Source: a virus (Duplodnaviria > Caudoviricetes). From it: DNA of 57,042 nt. Within the stretch, counting starts at the first letter, position 1; each line of letters starts with the position of its first letter. The position numbers were made by a program, and so were the translations under genes. Shown in pieces: positions 17,930-27,977 of this stretch. The notes beneath the pieces were generated by a model. It searched no databases, was not told the origin of the DNA, and was given only the letters and a program-made list of their open reading frames with translations. The stretch covers positions 1 through 57,042 of the IMG/VR virus record IMGVR_UViG_3300046804_003910, one strand, 5' to 3'.

Positions 17930-18002
17930 TCTAGACAATTCTTTTGATACGTTTATAATATAATATGACAATAATACAGGAAAATAGACCAACGGAAACA
18001 CT

Positions 18003-19220
18003 ATGCCAAGAAATAATAATTTAGCATTTAGAAGGGGATCGTCATCAGTTTGGGCAACATCAAATTCTGTATTGGCTAGTGGGGAACCGGGGTTTGCTAT
18101 AGATACTAATATATTTAAAATTGGTGATGGAAGTAAAGAATGGAGCGAACTTCCTGCTATTAATGATAATTTAATTACCATTGTTCGCAACGATACTGGT
18201 AGTACTATAAATAAAATGAGCGTCGTTTATATTAGCGGCGCTCAAGGAGATACTCCAAGAGTAGCTTTAGCTTTGGCTAATGGCGAACCATCTAGCAGTA
18301 AAACATATGGTTTAGTAGTTAATAATATACCCACGGCCGGCACAGGAACAGTAATTGTTGATGGTACACTAAGAAACTTAGATACTAATACGCAATTTTC
18401 TGCTATTAGCGAGGGAACAGCATTATGGCTTAGTCCCACAGTGTCCGGAGGCATAACATCAACAAAACCATATGCCCCAGATCATTCAGTATTCATTGGA
18501 ACATTAATAAGAAAACATTCTCAACAAGGGGTTATTAATGTTAAAATTCAAAATGGATACGAATTAGAAGAACTTCATAATGTAGCAACAACTGGAGTAA
18601 CAAATGGACAATTCCTACAATATAATAGCATTAGTGGACTATGGGTTCCAACTAGTAGCGGAAATTTTACATCATTAAATATTAATAATACAGGCGTTAT
18701 TGTCAGTAGTGGTGGAACATCCGGATACTTAGGCAAATTTACTAATGCATCAAGTTTAAATAACAGTATTATATATCAAAACGGAACTGATGTTGGAATA
18801 GGAACAACTAATCCTGGTTATAAACTCCAAGTTAGTGGAAGTTTCGGTGCTACAACTAAAAGTTTCAGAATAGACCATCCAAATAAACCCAATTGGAGTT
18901 TAGAATATGGAAGCTTGGAAAGTCCATACCATGGAGTAAGATTAACTGGTCGCGACAAGATTGTTAAAGGAGTAGGAATAGTCATCTTACCAAATTATTT
19001 AAAAGATCTAATTCATGATGATATAAATTTAAATATTCAAATTACAAATATTAAACATAGTAAAACTATTTATATTGATAAAATAGACTTACTAAATAAT
19101 CAATTTATTGTTAAGGCTGATCGCTCTAAATCCTTGGGTGACTTACATTTTTTCTGGACCTTAACAGGAGTTCGCAAAGATGTTGAAAACCTAGTTGTTG
19201 AAAAGGAGAATGTGTTATGA
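18003..19220 (+). CDS. Fibre protein with an Mtd-N-like domain
   Basis: FRRGSSSVW...LASGEPGFAIDTNIFKIGDG; VGIGTTNP repeat; C-terminal KSFRIDHP...LESP domain. Confidence 0.75.
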   Translation: MPRNNNLAFRRGSSSVWATSNSVLASGEPGFAIDTNIFKIGDGSKEWSELPAINDNLITIVRNDTGSTINKMSVVYISGAQGDTPRVALALANGEPSSSKTYGLVVNNIPTAGTGTVIVDGTLRNLDTNTQFSAISEGTALWLSPTVSGGITSTKPYAPDHSVFIGTLIRKHSQQGVINVKIQNGYELEELHNVATTGVTNGQFLQYNSISGLWVPTSSGNFTSLNINNTGVIVSSGGTSGYLGKFTNASSLNNSIIYQNGTDVGIGTTNPGYKLQVSGSFGATTKSFRIDHPNKPNWSLEYGSLESPYHGVRLTGRDKIVKGVGIVILPNYLKDLIHDDINLNIQITNIKHSKTIYIDKIDLLNNQFIVKADRSKSLGDLHFFWTLTGVRKDVENLVVEKENVL

Positions 19221-19777
19221 GTATTATTTTTGGGCAACCTCCATACTTTGATACTAATGACCCATATTTTAATCCTATTGGAGATAGTTATCTCACAGAA
19301 AATACAGAGAATCCTACGCCAATTTCATCAGGAAAAGCAATTTTATACGGATCAACCACAGGAAATACTAGAGTTAAATTTTGTTTAAGAAGATATATAT
19401 ATAGATTTGATAGCATAACTCATACTTTTATTTACTATAAAACATATAAAGGCGTTAGAAATTTTGAACAACCAAATAATGTTACTAATATTACAGAATT
19501 AAATAATAGATCACTGATGCATTCCACGGAAATACTTAATGCTCCAGAACCTACATTTTTAACACAATCTTTATTTCAAGATCTATTTAAATATCCTAAA
19601 AATAATGATTATTTTTTTGTAGAAGGCAGTCATTATAAATTAAGGCCGGATGTTAATAATATTTATGTTCAGACAAAACCCATGTTTTATAAAATATACA
19701 GATATGGTAAAATTACAAGTAATAATGTTGTTATAGTGTATAAAAACAATAATGAAGAAAGGAGACCAAGTAATTAG
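19217..19777 (+). CDS. Hypothetical protein
   Basis: AAGGAG RBS, ATGA-coupled ORF; no recognisable motif. Confidence 0.55.
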   Translation: MSIIFGQPPYFDTNDPYFNPIGDSYLTENTENPTPISSGKAILYGSTTGNTRVKFCLRRYIYRFDSITHTFIYYKTYKGVRNFEQPNNVTNITELNNRSLMHSTEILNAPEPTFLTQSLFQDLFKYPKNNDYFFVEGSHYKLRPDVNNIYVQTKPMFYKIYRYGKITSNNVVIVYKNNNEERRPSN

Positions 19778-20002
19778 GCCCATTAGGGGTGAATTCGGTG
19801 AAACCTTAACGTGTAATGACGATGGCAATACCGAGCCAAGCATAGAACCATTTCTATGAAGGTGTAGAGACTACCTGAGACAAAATGGCTTGTCTTAATA
19901 ACAGGCACGAGCGCCCCTACCACAACTGTGGAAGATATAGTCCAAACTATAAGAAATTATAGAATTAAAGCTTAGCGTTTTAGCTAGGGGTCAAAGCTTT
20001 TG
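19764..20002 (+). ncRNA. Group I intron/ribozyme catalytic core
   Basis: P3 GGGGTG/CGCCCC; P4 TTCGGT/ACCGAG; P6a CATAGAA/TTCTATG; J6/7-P7 GTGTAGAGACTA; J8/7-P7' AAGATATAGTCC; P9 CTATAA-GAAA-TTATAG; candidate omega-G at 20002; boundaries uncertain. Confidence 0.85.
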
Positions 20003-20111
20003 CAAAATTAATATGATATAGTGTTACAAAATGAGATAGTCCATACTATAATGCTCTTAAATCCAATTTGAATTATAGTGTATTATTATAATATCACCAT
20101 GGAGCAGATAA

Positions 20112-22352
20112 ATGGCTAATATCATTATAACACCTAGTAGCGGTATAATAGACTTCTATCCGGAATCAACAAAAGTTGGCAGGATTGATGGGTCGGGAAA
20201 CTTATTTAATATTACCAATCCTTCTGGATATATCGCCCTATCTAGCAGCGGACTGAGCATTAATAAGTCCTCGCCGTTTGCTACCATCCACGCGTATTCT
20301 GCTTCGTCTGGTGCGGCATTATTAAATCTTGAAGGTACTAATGGTTCATTATTTACTGTTATTGATTCGAGTGGAGCTTTAATAAGCGCAAATAATGATG
20401 ATGGATTTCCAGTATTTGAAGTATTTAGAGATGGCAAAATAGTTGCTGGTAGAGTTGGTCAAAATGATTTTGTTCTTACTAGTGGAGGTAAAATTGGAAT
20501 CGGCACATCAACACCATCTAGCACATTACAAATTAGCGGATTAATAACCTCTAATAGTGGAAATTTTACTAACAGTTTAACAGTTAATAACAATACTGTT
20601 TGGCATAGTGGTAATTTTGATAGTAATAATATTGTCAGAACTACTGGCTCTCAAAGTATAAATGGAATTAAATCATTTGATTCTCAACCAGTTTTCAATA
20701 ATGGTATATTGGTTGGAGGATATAGTAGATTTACTATTGCTGGAACAGCGCTTGATTTCTCTATAGACAGAGGCAATCTTAATGAAGGTTTTAGTGGAGA
20801 CATCCTCAAATTTGATGTTGATGATGATAACGGTACTGGATATGCTACTACATTAAAAAGTAATGCTCCTTTACAAAATATTATAGTAAGATTACCAAAC
20901 ACTAGCGGTACGTTAGTCCTAGATAAAGTAAATATAATTGCTGGTAGTGGATTAGCAGGAGGAGGAAATCTTAGTGCTGATAGAACGTTCAATATTGGTC
21001 AGGGTGATGGTGTTACAGTAAGTGCCGACACCATAGCCATTAATAATACTGTAATTAGAACCACTGGGAATCAAACTATTAATGGAAATATAATTGCTAA
21101 TAGTGGAATGTTTAATACCATATACACTACTGGTAGCATTAGTAATGAAACTGGAAGTAGTCAATTATATCTAAATAATCCTAGTGGAAATAGAATTGAT
21201 TTTAATGGTAGTGGTATTGGGCCACCTAATTTTACCACAAATAGAAGTCTTGGTACTAAAATTATTTTATCTCCCAATATCAGTTCAACTCAAACAGAAT
21301 TTGCTCTTGGCATGGAAGCTGGAGCAATGTGGTTTTCTGTTCCTGTAGCAGCATCCAGAGCTTTTAAGTGGTATGCTGGAACAGCAAACATAGCAACATT
21401 ATTTGGAAATGGTACTCTAGATATATATGGTAGTACTAGTCAAATTAATGTTGATAGTCTTAGATTAGATAATAATGTTTTATCTGCAACAACATCTAAT
21501 AGTGATTTAATACTCAGGCCCAATGGTGATGGATCATTACTGGCTGATACAAGCGGTAATGCTAGAGGTATTTATAGTAATGATTTTCAAAGAGTAAGAA
21601 CCTCTATATCTGGCGTGGCTGCTGGAAGCTATAACGTTATATGCGGAGGATCAGATAATCGTACGGCAAATTCTTATAGTACCATTGGCGGAGGACAAAC
21701 TAATATTGCTAGTAATACACTATCTACGGTTTGTGGAGGAGACCTGAATACCGCCGGAGGTAACCGATCCACAGTATGCGGAGGTGGCAGCAATACAGCT
21801 TCGGTACAATCAGCAACGGTAGGTGGAGGATCAAACAATCAGGCCACCGGAACATATTCTACTGTGCCTGGAGGATTTAGAGCCAAGGCCACAAGACATG
21901 GAGAATTAAGTCATGCTGCTGGATTTTTTAATGCTGTTGGAGATGCTCAACATACTATTTTAGTAGCTAGAAGATTAACATCTGATGATACAGAAAGCGC
22001 TTTGACTCTAACTGGTTTAGCTCCAGATCCAGCGACTAACTTATTAATTATTCCGGCTAGAACAACATGGACTTTTACCATACAAATAAGTGCTTATAAC
22101 AATAATGATAATACAGCAGCTGGATGGAATATACGAGGTTGTATAAGACGTAATGCTAATAATGTAACAACTATGGTCGGTTCTAATATTGTCGAATCAT
22201 GGTCAGAATCAACAATGAGTAATTGCGTTGTATCGGTAATAGAAGACAATACTAATGAGGCACTACAAATTAATGTAACTGGACTAACTGGGAAAAATAT
22301 ACGATGGGTTGCTACTGTTGATATTAGTCAAGTTAGTTACGGCGCACCATAA
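20112..22352 (+). CDS. Long fibre/adhesin protein
   Basis: IGIGTSTP repeats, AGSGLAGGG motif, STVCGGxxNTA beta-roll-like repeats. Confidence 0.75.
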   Translation: MANIIITPSSGIIDFYPESTKVGRIDGSGNLFNITNPSGYIALSSSGLSINKSSPFATIHAYSASSGAALLNLEGTNGSLFTVIDSSGALISANNDDGFPVFEVFRDGKIVAGRVGQNDFVLTSGGKIGIGTSTPSSTLQISGLITSNSGNFTNSLTVNNNTVWHSGNFDSNNIVRTTGSQSINGIKSFDSQPVFNNGILVGGYSRFTIAGTALDFSIDRGNLNEGFSGDILKFDVDDDNGTGYATTLKSNAPLQNIIVRLPNTSGTLVLDKVNIIAGSGLAGGGNLSADRTFNIGQGDGVTVSADTIAINNTVIRTTGNQTINGNIIANSGMFNTIYTTGSISNETGSSQLYLNNPSGNRIDFNGSGIGPPNFTTNRSLGTKIILSPNISSTQTEFALGMEAGAMWFSVPVAASRAFKWYAGTANIATLFGNGTLDIYGSTSQINVDSLRLDNNVLSATTSNSDLILRPNGDGSLLADTSGNARGIYSNDFQRVRTSISGVAAGSYNVICGGSDNRTANSYSTIGGGQTNIASNTLSTVCGGDLNTAGGNRSTVCGGGSNTASVQSATVGGGSNNQATGTYSTVPGGFRAKATRHGELSHAAGFFNAVGDAQHTILVARRLTSDDTESALTLTGLAPDPATNLLIIPARTTWTFTIQISAYNNNDNTAAGWNIRGCIRRNANNVTTMVGSNIVESWSESTMSNCVVSVIEDNTNEALQINVTGLTGKNIRWVATVDISQVSYGAP

Positions 22353-22370
22353 TATAGCATAGGAGATATA

Positions 22371-22712
22371 ATGAGCATATTAAATAATAATAATAATCAA
22401 CCACTACCAGCAGAAGTAGCTGCTCAGAAATTGATACAAATCACCAAACATACATACCAAGAAATGGTAAATGCTTTTAATCAAGGAGCAGAAATTTTTT
22501 GGAATAATAGTATGGGCGCTAGTCCGATAGATATTGCTGATAAATTAGACACCAATGCAAAAGAAATTTTTGAACTACATTATAAATTGGGTCAACTATT
22601 ATCTAGTGTAAATAATAATACTATTGCAGATGCTAATAATTTGATCGGAGATTTTATTTTGAATCAAGATGGAACAGTAACAATTATAGAATCAGAACCA
22701 GAAAATCAGTAA
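22371..22712 (+). CDS. Hypothetical protein (possible fibre chaperone)
   Basis: AGGAG RBS; follows a fibre gene. Confidence 0.6.
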   Translation: MSILNNNNNQPLPAEVAAQKLIQITKHTYQEMVNAFNQGAEIFWNNSMGASPIDIADKLDTNAKEIFELHYKLGQLLSSVNNNTIADANNLIGDFILNQDGTVTIIESEPENQ

Positions 22713-22722
22713 GAGATAAACT

Positions 22723-23607
22723 ATGCCAATCAATTACGGAAATAATAATGTATCTACTAGCGGTATAATCACTGCTACTAGTGGTAATTTTACTAATTTA
22801 CAAGTTGATAGCAATAATGTTTGGAACTTAGGAAATCTACCAAATGCTGTAAATGGTACTGGAGTCACTAATCACATTGCTTATTGGAATAATAGTAGCG
22901 GTATAGTTGCTGGTAGTGGTCAGTTGTATTGGGATAGTTCTAATAATAGATTAGGAATAGGAACAGTCACCCCATTATCAAAACTGCACGTAGTTGGAGA
23001 TATAACCTGTGATAATATTGTTCCAACAGATCCTGGCTCAACAACTATGAGGGTAGGATCAGCTTCAGCATATGTTGATCTTATAGATAATGTTGGTATA
23101 AAAGGAGCCAATGTTTCTTTAACATATGAAGGAGGGGCTGGTGGAGTAATAAATATTCTTACTGATAATAATATATCAACACTATTTATTAGCGATGATG
23201 CTAATAATAATAATATTGGTATTGGAACAACAAGTCCAAGTAGTAAATTAGATATTAATGGAAATGTTAATATTGATGGCAATCTTACTTTTGATAGCTA
23301 TACCGAAAGTGTAGTAGCTAATGGTAATAGTGGAACTAGCAAAACTCTCAGTTTAACCAGCGGAACAGTTCATACTTGTACACTAACCGGTAATTGTACT
23401 TTTACTATGCCAACAGCAACTGCTGGTAAGAGTTTTAGTATGTTTTTAAATAGTGGTAGCGGTAATTATACTGCAAGTTTCAGCGGAGTAAGATGGGCTG
23501 ATAGTGCCACACCAACAGCAACAATTACTGCTAGTAAGGTTGATATATATAGTTTTATTAGTGATGGAACTTATTGGTACGGAAGTTTCTCTCAAAATTA
23601 TGGTTAA
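22723..23607 (+). CDS. Fibre protein
   Basis: NNRLGIGTVTP and IGIGTTSPSSKLDI repeats; C-terminal TLTGNCTFT...DIYSFISDGTYWYG domain. Confidence 0.7.
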   Translation: MPINYGNNNVSTSGIITATSGNFTNLQVDSNNVWNLGNLPNAVNGTGVTNHIAYWNNSSGIVAGSGQLYWDSSNNRLGIGTVTPLSKLHVVGDITCDNIVPTDPGSTTMRVGSASAYVDLIDNVGIKGANVSLTYEGGAGGVINILTDNNISTLFISDDANNNNIGIGTTSPSSKLDINGNVNIDGNLTFDSYTESVVANGNSGTSKTLSLTSGTVHTCTLTGNCTFTMPTATAGKSFSMFLNSGSGNYTASFSGVRWADSATPTATITASKVDIYSFISDGTYWYGSFSQNYG

Positions 23608-23612
23608 TAATC

Positions 23613-24611
23613 ATGTTTAGTATAAGACAAAATTTTACACAACGATCATCAAGACTTCCTAAAAAACTAAACCTTTTAGGTATGGATACTATATATAAGG
23701 CTCAACCATATGTGGATGTTGTTGGTAAAAATGAAAACACCATCGGATTAGATGTTATCAACAAGTCCCAACCATTTGTTGCTGCTTATAATAATATGAC
23801 AAAACCATTTCCCTTTACGCCTAGTGGAGCAAATCATATAGATGTGCAAATGTGGCAATATTTGGGAGGATCCGCTAACTCTACAACTATTGCTGCAATG
23901 AATACTTTTTGTAATAGTATAGACAGTGCCGGATTAAGAAAAAAATTTTATAGACTTAATTTATTTTGTGGAAATAATCTAGCTTCCTGTCTAATACCAT
24001 TATATATATCGACTTCTTGGCTATCCTCCAATTATGGATTTTTAACCGATACTAATTATAATTTTGACAGTAATGATTATACAGAAACAGGAACTAGCGG
24101 AGGATTGCTCGGAAATGGAAGTACAAAATATTTAGACACAAAATTAACACTAAATGAAGCTGGTTCTGTAGGACATGTTAGCTGTTACCATAAAGGAGCT
24201 ATGAATACAGCATCTGCTAATGTTCTTATCAGAGGAGGAGATGGAACAAATAGTATAGGACTAGATCAGTCTGCAGGACTAGTCAGAGGTTTTTGGTCAC
24301 CAGCAAATACAGCGTCTTTTTCTACCAATAGTGGTGGTCATTATGTTATAACAAGACGATCACCAACAGATATGGTATTATATACAAATGGATCTACAAC
24401 AAGAGGAGATTCAACAGTTACTACTAGTGTATCTTTTCCAGTGTCTTCATGGAGTATATATGTATTTGCTCTAAATAATGTCGGAACAGCATCGTCTTTG
24501 TGTCCAACAAGAATTCAAGGATATTCTATAGGAGCATCTATGACAGCATCTGAAGTTAGTTCATTTTCTACTATTATGCAAACTTTTCAAACATCATTAG
24601 GTAGGAATTAA
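23613..24611 (+). CDS. Virion protein with a possible lectin/LamG-like C-terminus
   Basis: GNGSTKYLDT motif, beta-rich; start trimmed to MFSIRQ. Confidence 0.55.
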   Translation: MFSIRQNFTQRSSRLPKKLNLLGMDTIYKAQPYVDVVGKNENTIGLDVINKSQPFVAAYNNMTKPFPFTPSGANHIDVQMWQYLGGSANSTTIAAMNTFCNSIDSAGLRKKFYRLNLFCGNNLASCLIPLYISTSWLSSNYGFLTDTNYNFDSNDYTETGTSGGLLGNGSTKYLDTKLTLNEAGSVGHVSCYHKGAMNTASANVLIRGGDGTNSIGLDQSAGLVRGFWSPANTASFSTNSGGHYVITRRSPTDMVLYTNGSTTRGDSTVTTSVSFPVSSWSIYVFALNNVGTASSLCPTRIQGYSIGASMTASEVSSFSTIMQTFQTSLGRN

Positions 24612-24613
24612 TA

Positions 24614-27169
24614 ATGGCAACTCTATACATAGATTATGAAAATGGAAATGATAACTATGCTGGAACTAGTTTCGCATTATTGGCATCTGGATCTGATGGA
24701 GCAATAACAAGTTCAACTTTCAGTTCAGCATCTGCTAGTTTTCCTAATGATGGAAGTTTAATAAATCAATACTTAAGTATATTTAATGGAACCATTTATG
24801 CTGTTTATCAAATTACGGCATGGGTTAGTAGTACAAGTTTGACTATAGCAGCAATTAGTGGCGGAACAGCTTTGGCAAATACTAGTGGTCGCCAATACTA
24901 TGTTGGAGGACGATGGAAAACGATAAATAACGGATCGACTGCTGTAAGAACCATACCAGGAGACACTATTCGTATCATGGGTAGTCCAGCACCAACATTA
25001 GTTGGTAGCGGAACATGGACAGCCGCATCTTATTTTGCTAATAGTAATATTGTTGCCGCAACCAACACCTCGCCAATAGTCGTTACTTGTGCTAGCACCA
25101 TGGCTACTTTGGGCATTGTTAACGGAGATACTGTACAGATTGCCGGGTCTACTGTAAATACTAACTGTAATGGAACTTGGGAAGTAACAAATGTGAGTGG
25201 TAGTACTTGCGCTTTAGTTGGATCATCTGGTAATGGAATTGGTGGGGCGTCTGGCAATTTAAAGAAAAGAACAAACCATATTGTAAAATTAGCGTCAGCA
25301 GTTACTCAAAATGTTGCTAGCTGCGGAAATAGAGGAGAAGGACGAACAGCTTGGACAGCAAGTTCAAACGTTACAGCAACGCTATTAGATACCGACAGTA
25401 AAGAAGGAGATGTTAGTGATAGTATAGCAATAGGAGCATCATTTACAACTGGCAAAGCAGCATACAAAGCAACAGGAACATTAAATCTAAGTGGATATCA
25501 ACAATTAAGTTTTTATATCAAACAAACAGCCGGAACAGTTGCAGTATCGGGAGATATTAGTCTAAGATTATGCTCTGATACTATTGGTGATACTACAGTA
25601 CACACTTTTAATATAGAAAATTTATTAGCACTTAATACATGGATTCCTATAACTATTGATTTGGCTACAAATATGAATAGTAGTATACAAAGTATTGCTT
25701 TATATGTTGATGCGGACAAGGGCGCACAAACTTTTCTTTTAAGTAATATAATTGCTTGTAAAGCAAGGTCTAGTGCCGATAGTTTAAATTTGCAGTCTAT
25801 TATTGGCAAGAATACATCTAATGAGCCATGGTGTCCAATAATGAGTATTAATGGAACCAGAGTTATTTTAGGAGCTAGTGCAGCATATAGTCATGGAACC
25901 ACTTTACCAGGACACAGATACGGATATGATGGAACATCAGAAACTGTAAATACATACAAAAGAGAAACAATAAAAACTGATTTACAAACAACACAAAATG
26001 CTATTTCAACCGGCTTTCAAGAATCTGGCTCTACAGGATCACGAATAACATATGCTGGCGGATGGGATCGAACAAATATGAGTACTCAAAATCTAGAAAC
26101 GTGGTATGATGGAAGAAACGGATTAGGATGGGGTCTATTTAGCGATACCAAAAGCAATATTAATATTGAAAAATTAAGTTTTGTTAGGTTTGATAGAGTA
26201 AGATTGCTTACTTTTCAAAGTTGTAGTATTAGCGATATGAATATTATAGGATGCACAAATTATGGATTAGACTTTGCTAGCGCATCTTCTTCTAATACAT
26301 TAACCAATTTAAATTGTTCTTTTAATGCTGGAAATGCAATATATTGTTCTTTCGGAGATGGTTCTAATTCATTTAGTAATTTAGTTATGGTGGGTAACTT
26401 TACTAATGCGTTTTATGCTATTCAATCATTTTCTAATAATTCTATAACAAATTTTTATTGTAGAAATAATGCAGGAGTAGGGCTTTTAATTGAAAATGGA
26501 GCGAATAATACTTATACTAGTGGAACTATAACCTGGAATAGTACGAATGGATTCAGACATTACGCTGCAATGAATGAGAACTTCATATCATGTACTACAT
26601 CAAATCATGGAAATAATGCTAATAATGGTTTTTATTTATTTGGTGGTGAATATTATTTAAAAAATTGTACTATTAATGAAAGTTCAGAATTTGGTTTTTA
26701 TGGAATGAATAATGGCAAAATGTATTGCACTAATCATGATAATACTTCTGGCAATTATCTAATAAGCGTAGACTATGGAACCATAATACCTCAAACAAGC
26801 GTAAGATATTCTAATAGTGGTTATGCTTGGGCATTATCTCCAACAAATTCTACATGGAGAACATCGTCATATCCTCTGGATCTTAAAATTGCTACTGTAG
26901 CAGTTAGCGCTAATGCTCAAGTAAATGTTAAAGCATGGATGAGAAGAACAAATACTGGTTTAACTTTTAGATTAAGAGTAAAAGGTGGTCAAATTGCCGG
27001 CGTATCTAGTGATGTAACATCTAATATGTCCGCAGCTGCTGACACCTGGGAACAGGTATCTTTAAGTTTCACTCCAACAGAGGCTGGTGTTGTAGAAATA
27101 CTAGCAGAATGTTGGGGCGGAAGTACATATACAGGATATATAGACGAATTAAGTATAATACAAATATGA
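24614..27169 (+). CDS. Large virion protein with a right-handed beta-helix region
   Basis: YIDYENGND start; Asn-rich periodic repeats (SSSNTLTNLNCSFN...) resembling the pectate-lyase fold. Confidence 0.65.
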   Translation: MATLYIDYENGNDNYAGTSFALLASGSDGAITSSTFSSASASFPNDGSLINQYLSIFNGTIYAVYQITAWVSSTSLTIAAISGGTALANTSGRQYYVGGRWKTINNGSTAVRTIPGDTIRIMGSPAPTLVGSGTWTAASYFANSNIVAATNTSPIVVTCASTMATLGIVNGDTVQIAGSTVNTNCNGTWEVTNVSGSTCALVGSSGNGIGGASGNLKKRTNHIVKLASAVTQNVASCGNRGEGRTAWTASSNVTATLLDTDSKEGDVSDSIAIGASFTTGKAAYKATGTLNLSGYQQLSFYIKQTAGTVAVSGDISLRLCSDTIGDTTVHTFNIENLLALNTWIPITIDLATNMNSSIQSIALYVDADKGAQTFLLSNIIACKARSSADSLNLQSIIGKNTSNEPWCPIMSINGTRVILGASAAYSHGTTLPGHRYGYDGTSETVNTYKRETIKTDLQTTQNAISTGFQESGSTGSRITYAGGWDRTNMSTQNLETWYDGRNGLGWGLFSDTKSNINIEKLSFVRFDRVRLLTFQSCSISDMNIIGCTNYGLDFASASSSNTLTNLNCSFNAGNAIYCSFGDGSNSFSNLVMVGNFTNAFYAIQSFSNNSITNFYCRNNAGVGLLIENGANNTYTSGTITWNSTNGFRHYAAMNENFISCTTSNHGNNANNGFYLFGGEYYLKNCTINESSEFGFYGMNNGKMYCTNHDNTSGNYLISVDYGTIIPQTSVRYSNSGYAWALSPTNSTWRTSSYPLDLKIATVAVSANAQVNVKAWMRRTNTGLTFRLRVKGGQIAGVSSDVTSNMSAAADTWEQVSLSFTPTEAGVVEILAECWGGSTYTGYIDELSIIQI

Positions 27170-27179
27170 GGTTTAAATT

Positions 27180-27371
27180 ATGAATTATAAAATTACCGAA
27201 TTGTTTCTTGATCCTGCTGATAAATACAGAGTAAGAGTAGCAGTTGACGAAAACTCAACCCAGTTCTTCAAATTTGATCATTATCCAACCCAAGAAGAAG
27301 TTAACGAACTAGTATCAAACTATTTACAGTCACAAGAATCAATTATCGAGCTACCAGAAACAGGTCAATGA
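27180..27371 (+). CDS. Small hypothetical protein
   Basis: GAGG RBS; 63-aa ORF in the operon. Confidence 0.6.
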   Translation: MNYKITELFLDPADKYRVRVAVDENSTQFFKFDHYPTQEEVNELVSNYLQSQESIIELPETGQ

Positions 27372-27458
27372 GTAGTAAATACTGATATTGATAATATCTA
27401 ATACTATAGAGGGTGTATAGGATAATAGATATTATATACTTTAATAAAAGGCCGTATT

Positions 27459-27968
27459 ATGTCGTGGCAAATCGAAATACCGTTGATTGTTAGAACATTA
27501 ATTAATGATTTGGGGGATAGTCCTACATATAGTGATGAAAGATTACAACAGGTTATCACTGTAGCGGCTAAATATGTTCAATTTGATGTTGTATTAGACC
27601 ATAAATATGATGTTAATGTAGCAGAAGCAATAATATCTCCTGATCCAACAGATGACGATGATGATATTTTCATTAGTTTGGTTAGCTTAAAAGCTGCTTG
27701 CATTATTGACCAAAGCGCGCTAAGAACCAGAGCCGCGGCAGAAGGGATTAGGGCTGCGCTAGGACCAGCTAGTTTAAGTGTTAATGGTAGTGTAAGTGGA
27801 TTTATAGCTATTCTAGACAAAGGCCCATGCGCATCATATGATGAACTAACTAGCCATTGGGATGTTAAAGAGGCAACGGCTATTCGTGCTATACTCAGTC
27901 CGTTTGTTGGTAATAAATTTGATCCTCGTTCGTTGTTTTCCGACAACAGAGGCAGAGACCTATTTTAA
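27459..27968 (+). CDS. Head-tail adaptor (neck) protein
   Basis: VRTLINDL...YSDERL motif typical of connector proteins; position. Confidence 0.6.
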   Translation: MSWQIEIPLIVRTLINDLGDSPTYSDERLQQVITVAAKYVQFDVVLDHKYDVNVAEAIISPDPTDDDDDIFISLVSLKAACIIDQSALRTRAAAEGIRAALGPASLSVNGSVSGFIAILDKGPCASYDELTSHWDVKEATAIRAILSPFVGNKFDPRSLFSDNRGRDLF

Positions 27969-27977
27969 GGATAAATT

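Noticed and set aside
15713-19220. Diversity-generating retroelement suggested by Mtd-N-like domains
   Set aside because: No reverse transcriptase and no template/variable repeat pair is visible in the window; Mtd-N alone is a common fibre anchor.
19217-19777. Intron-encoded homing endonuclease
   Set aside because: No LAGLIDADG, GIY-YIG or HNH motif is recognisable.
19640-19843. Minus-strand 67-aa ORF over the ribozyme
   Set aside because: It is antisense to the structural operon and to a structured RNA, with no coding signals.
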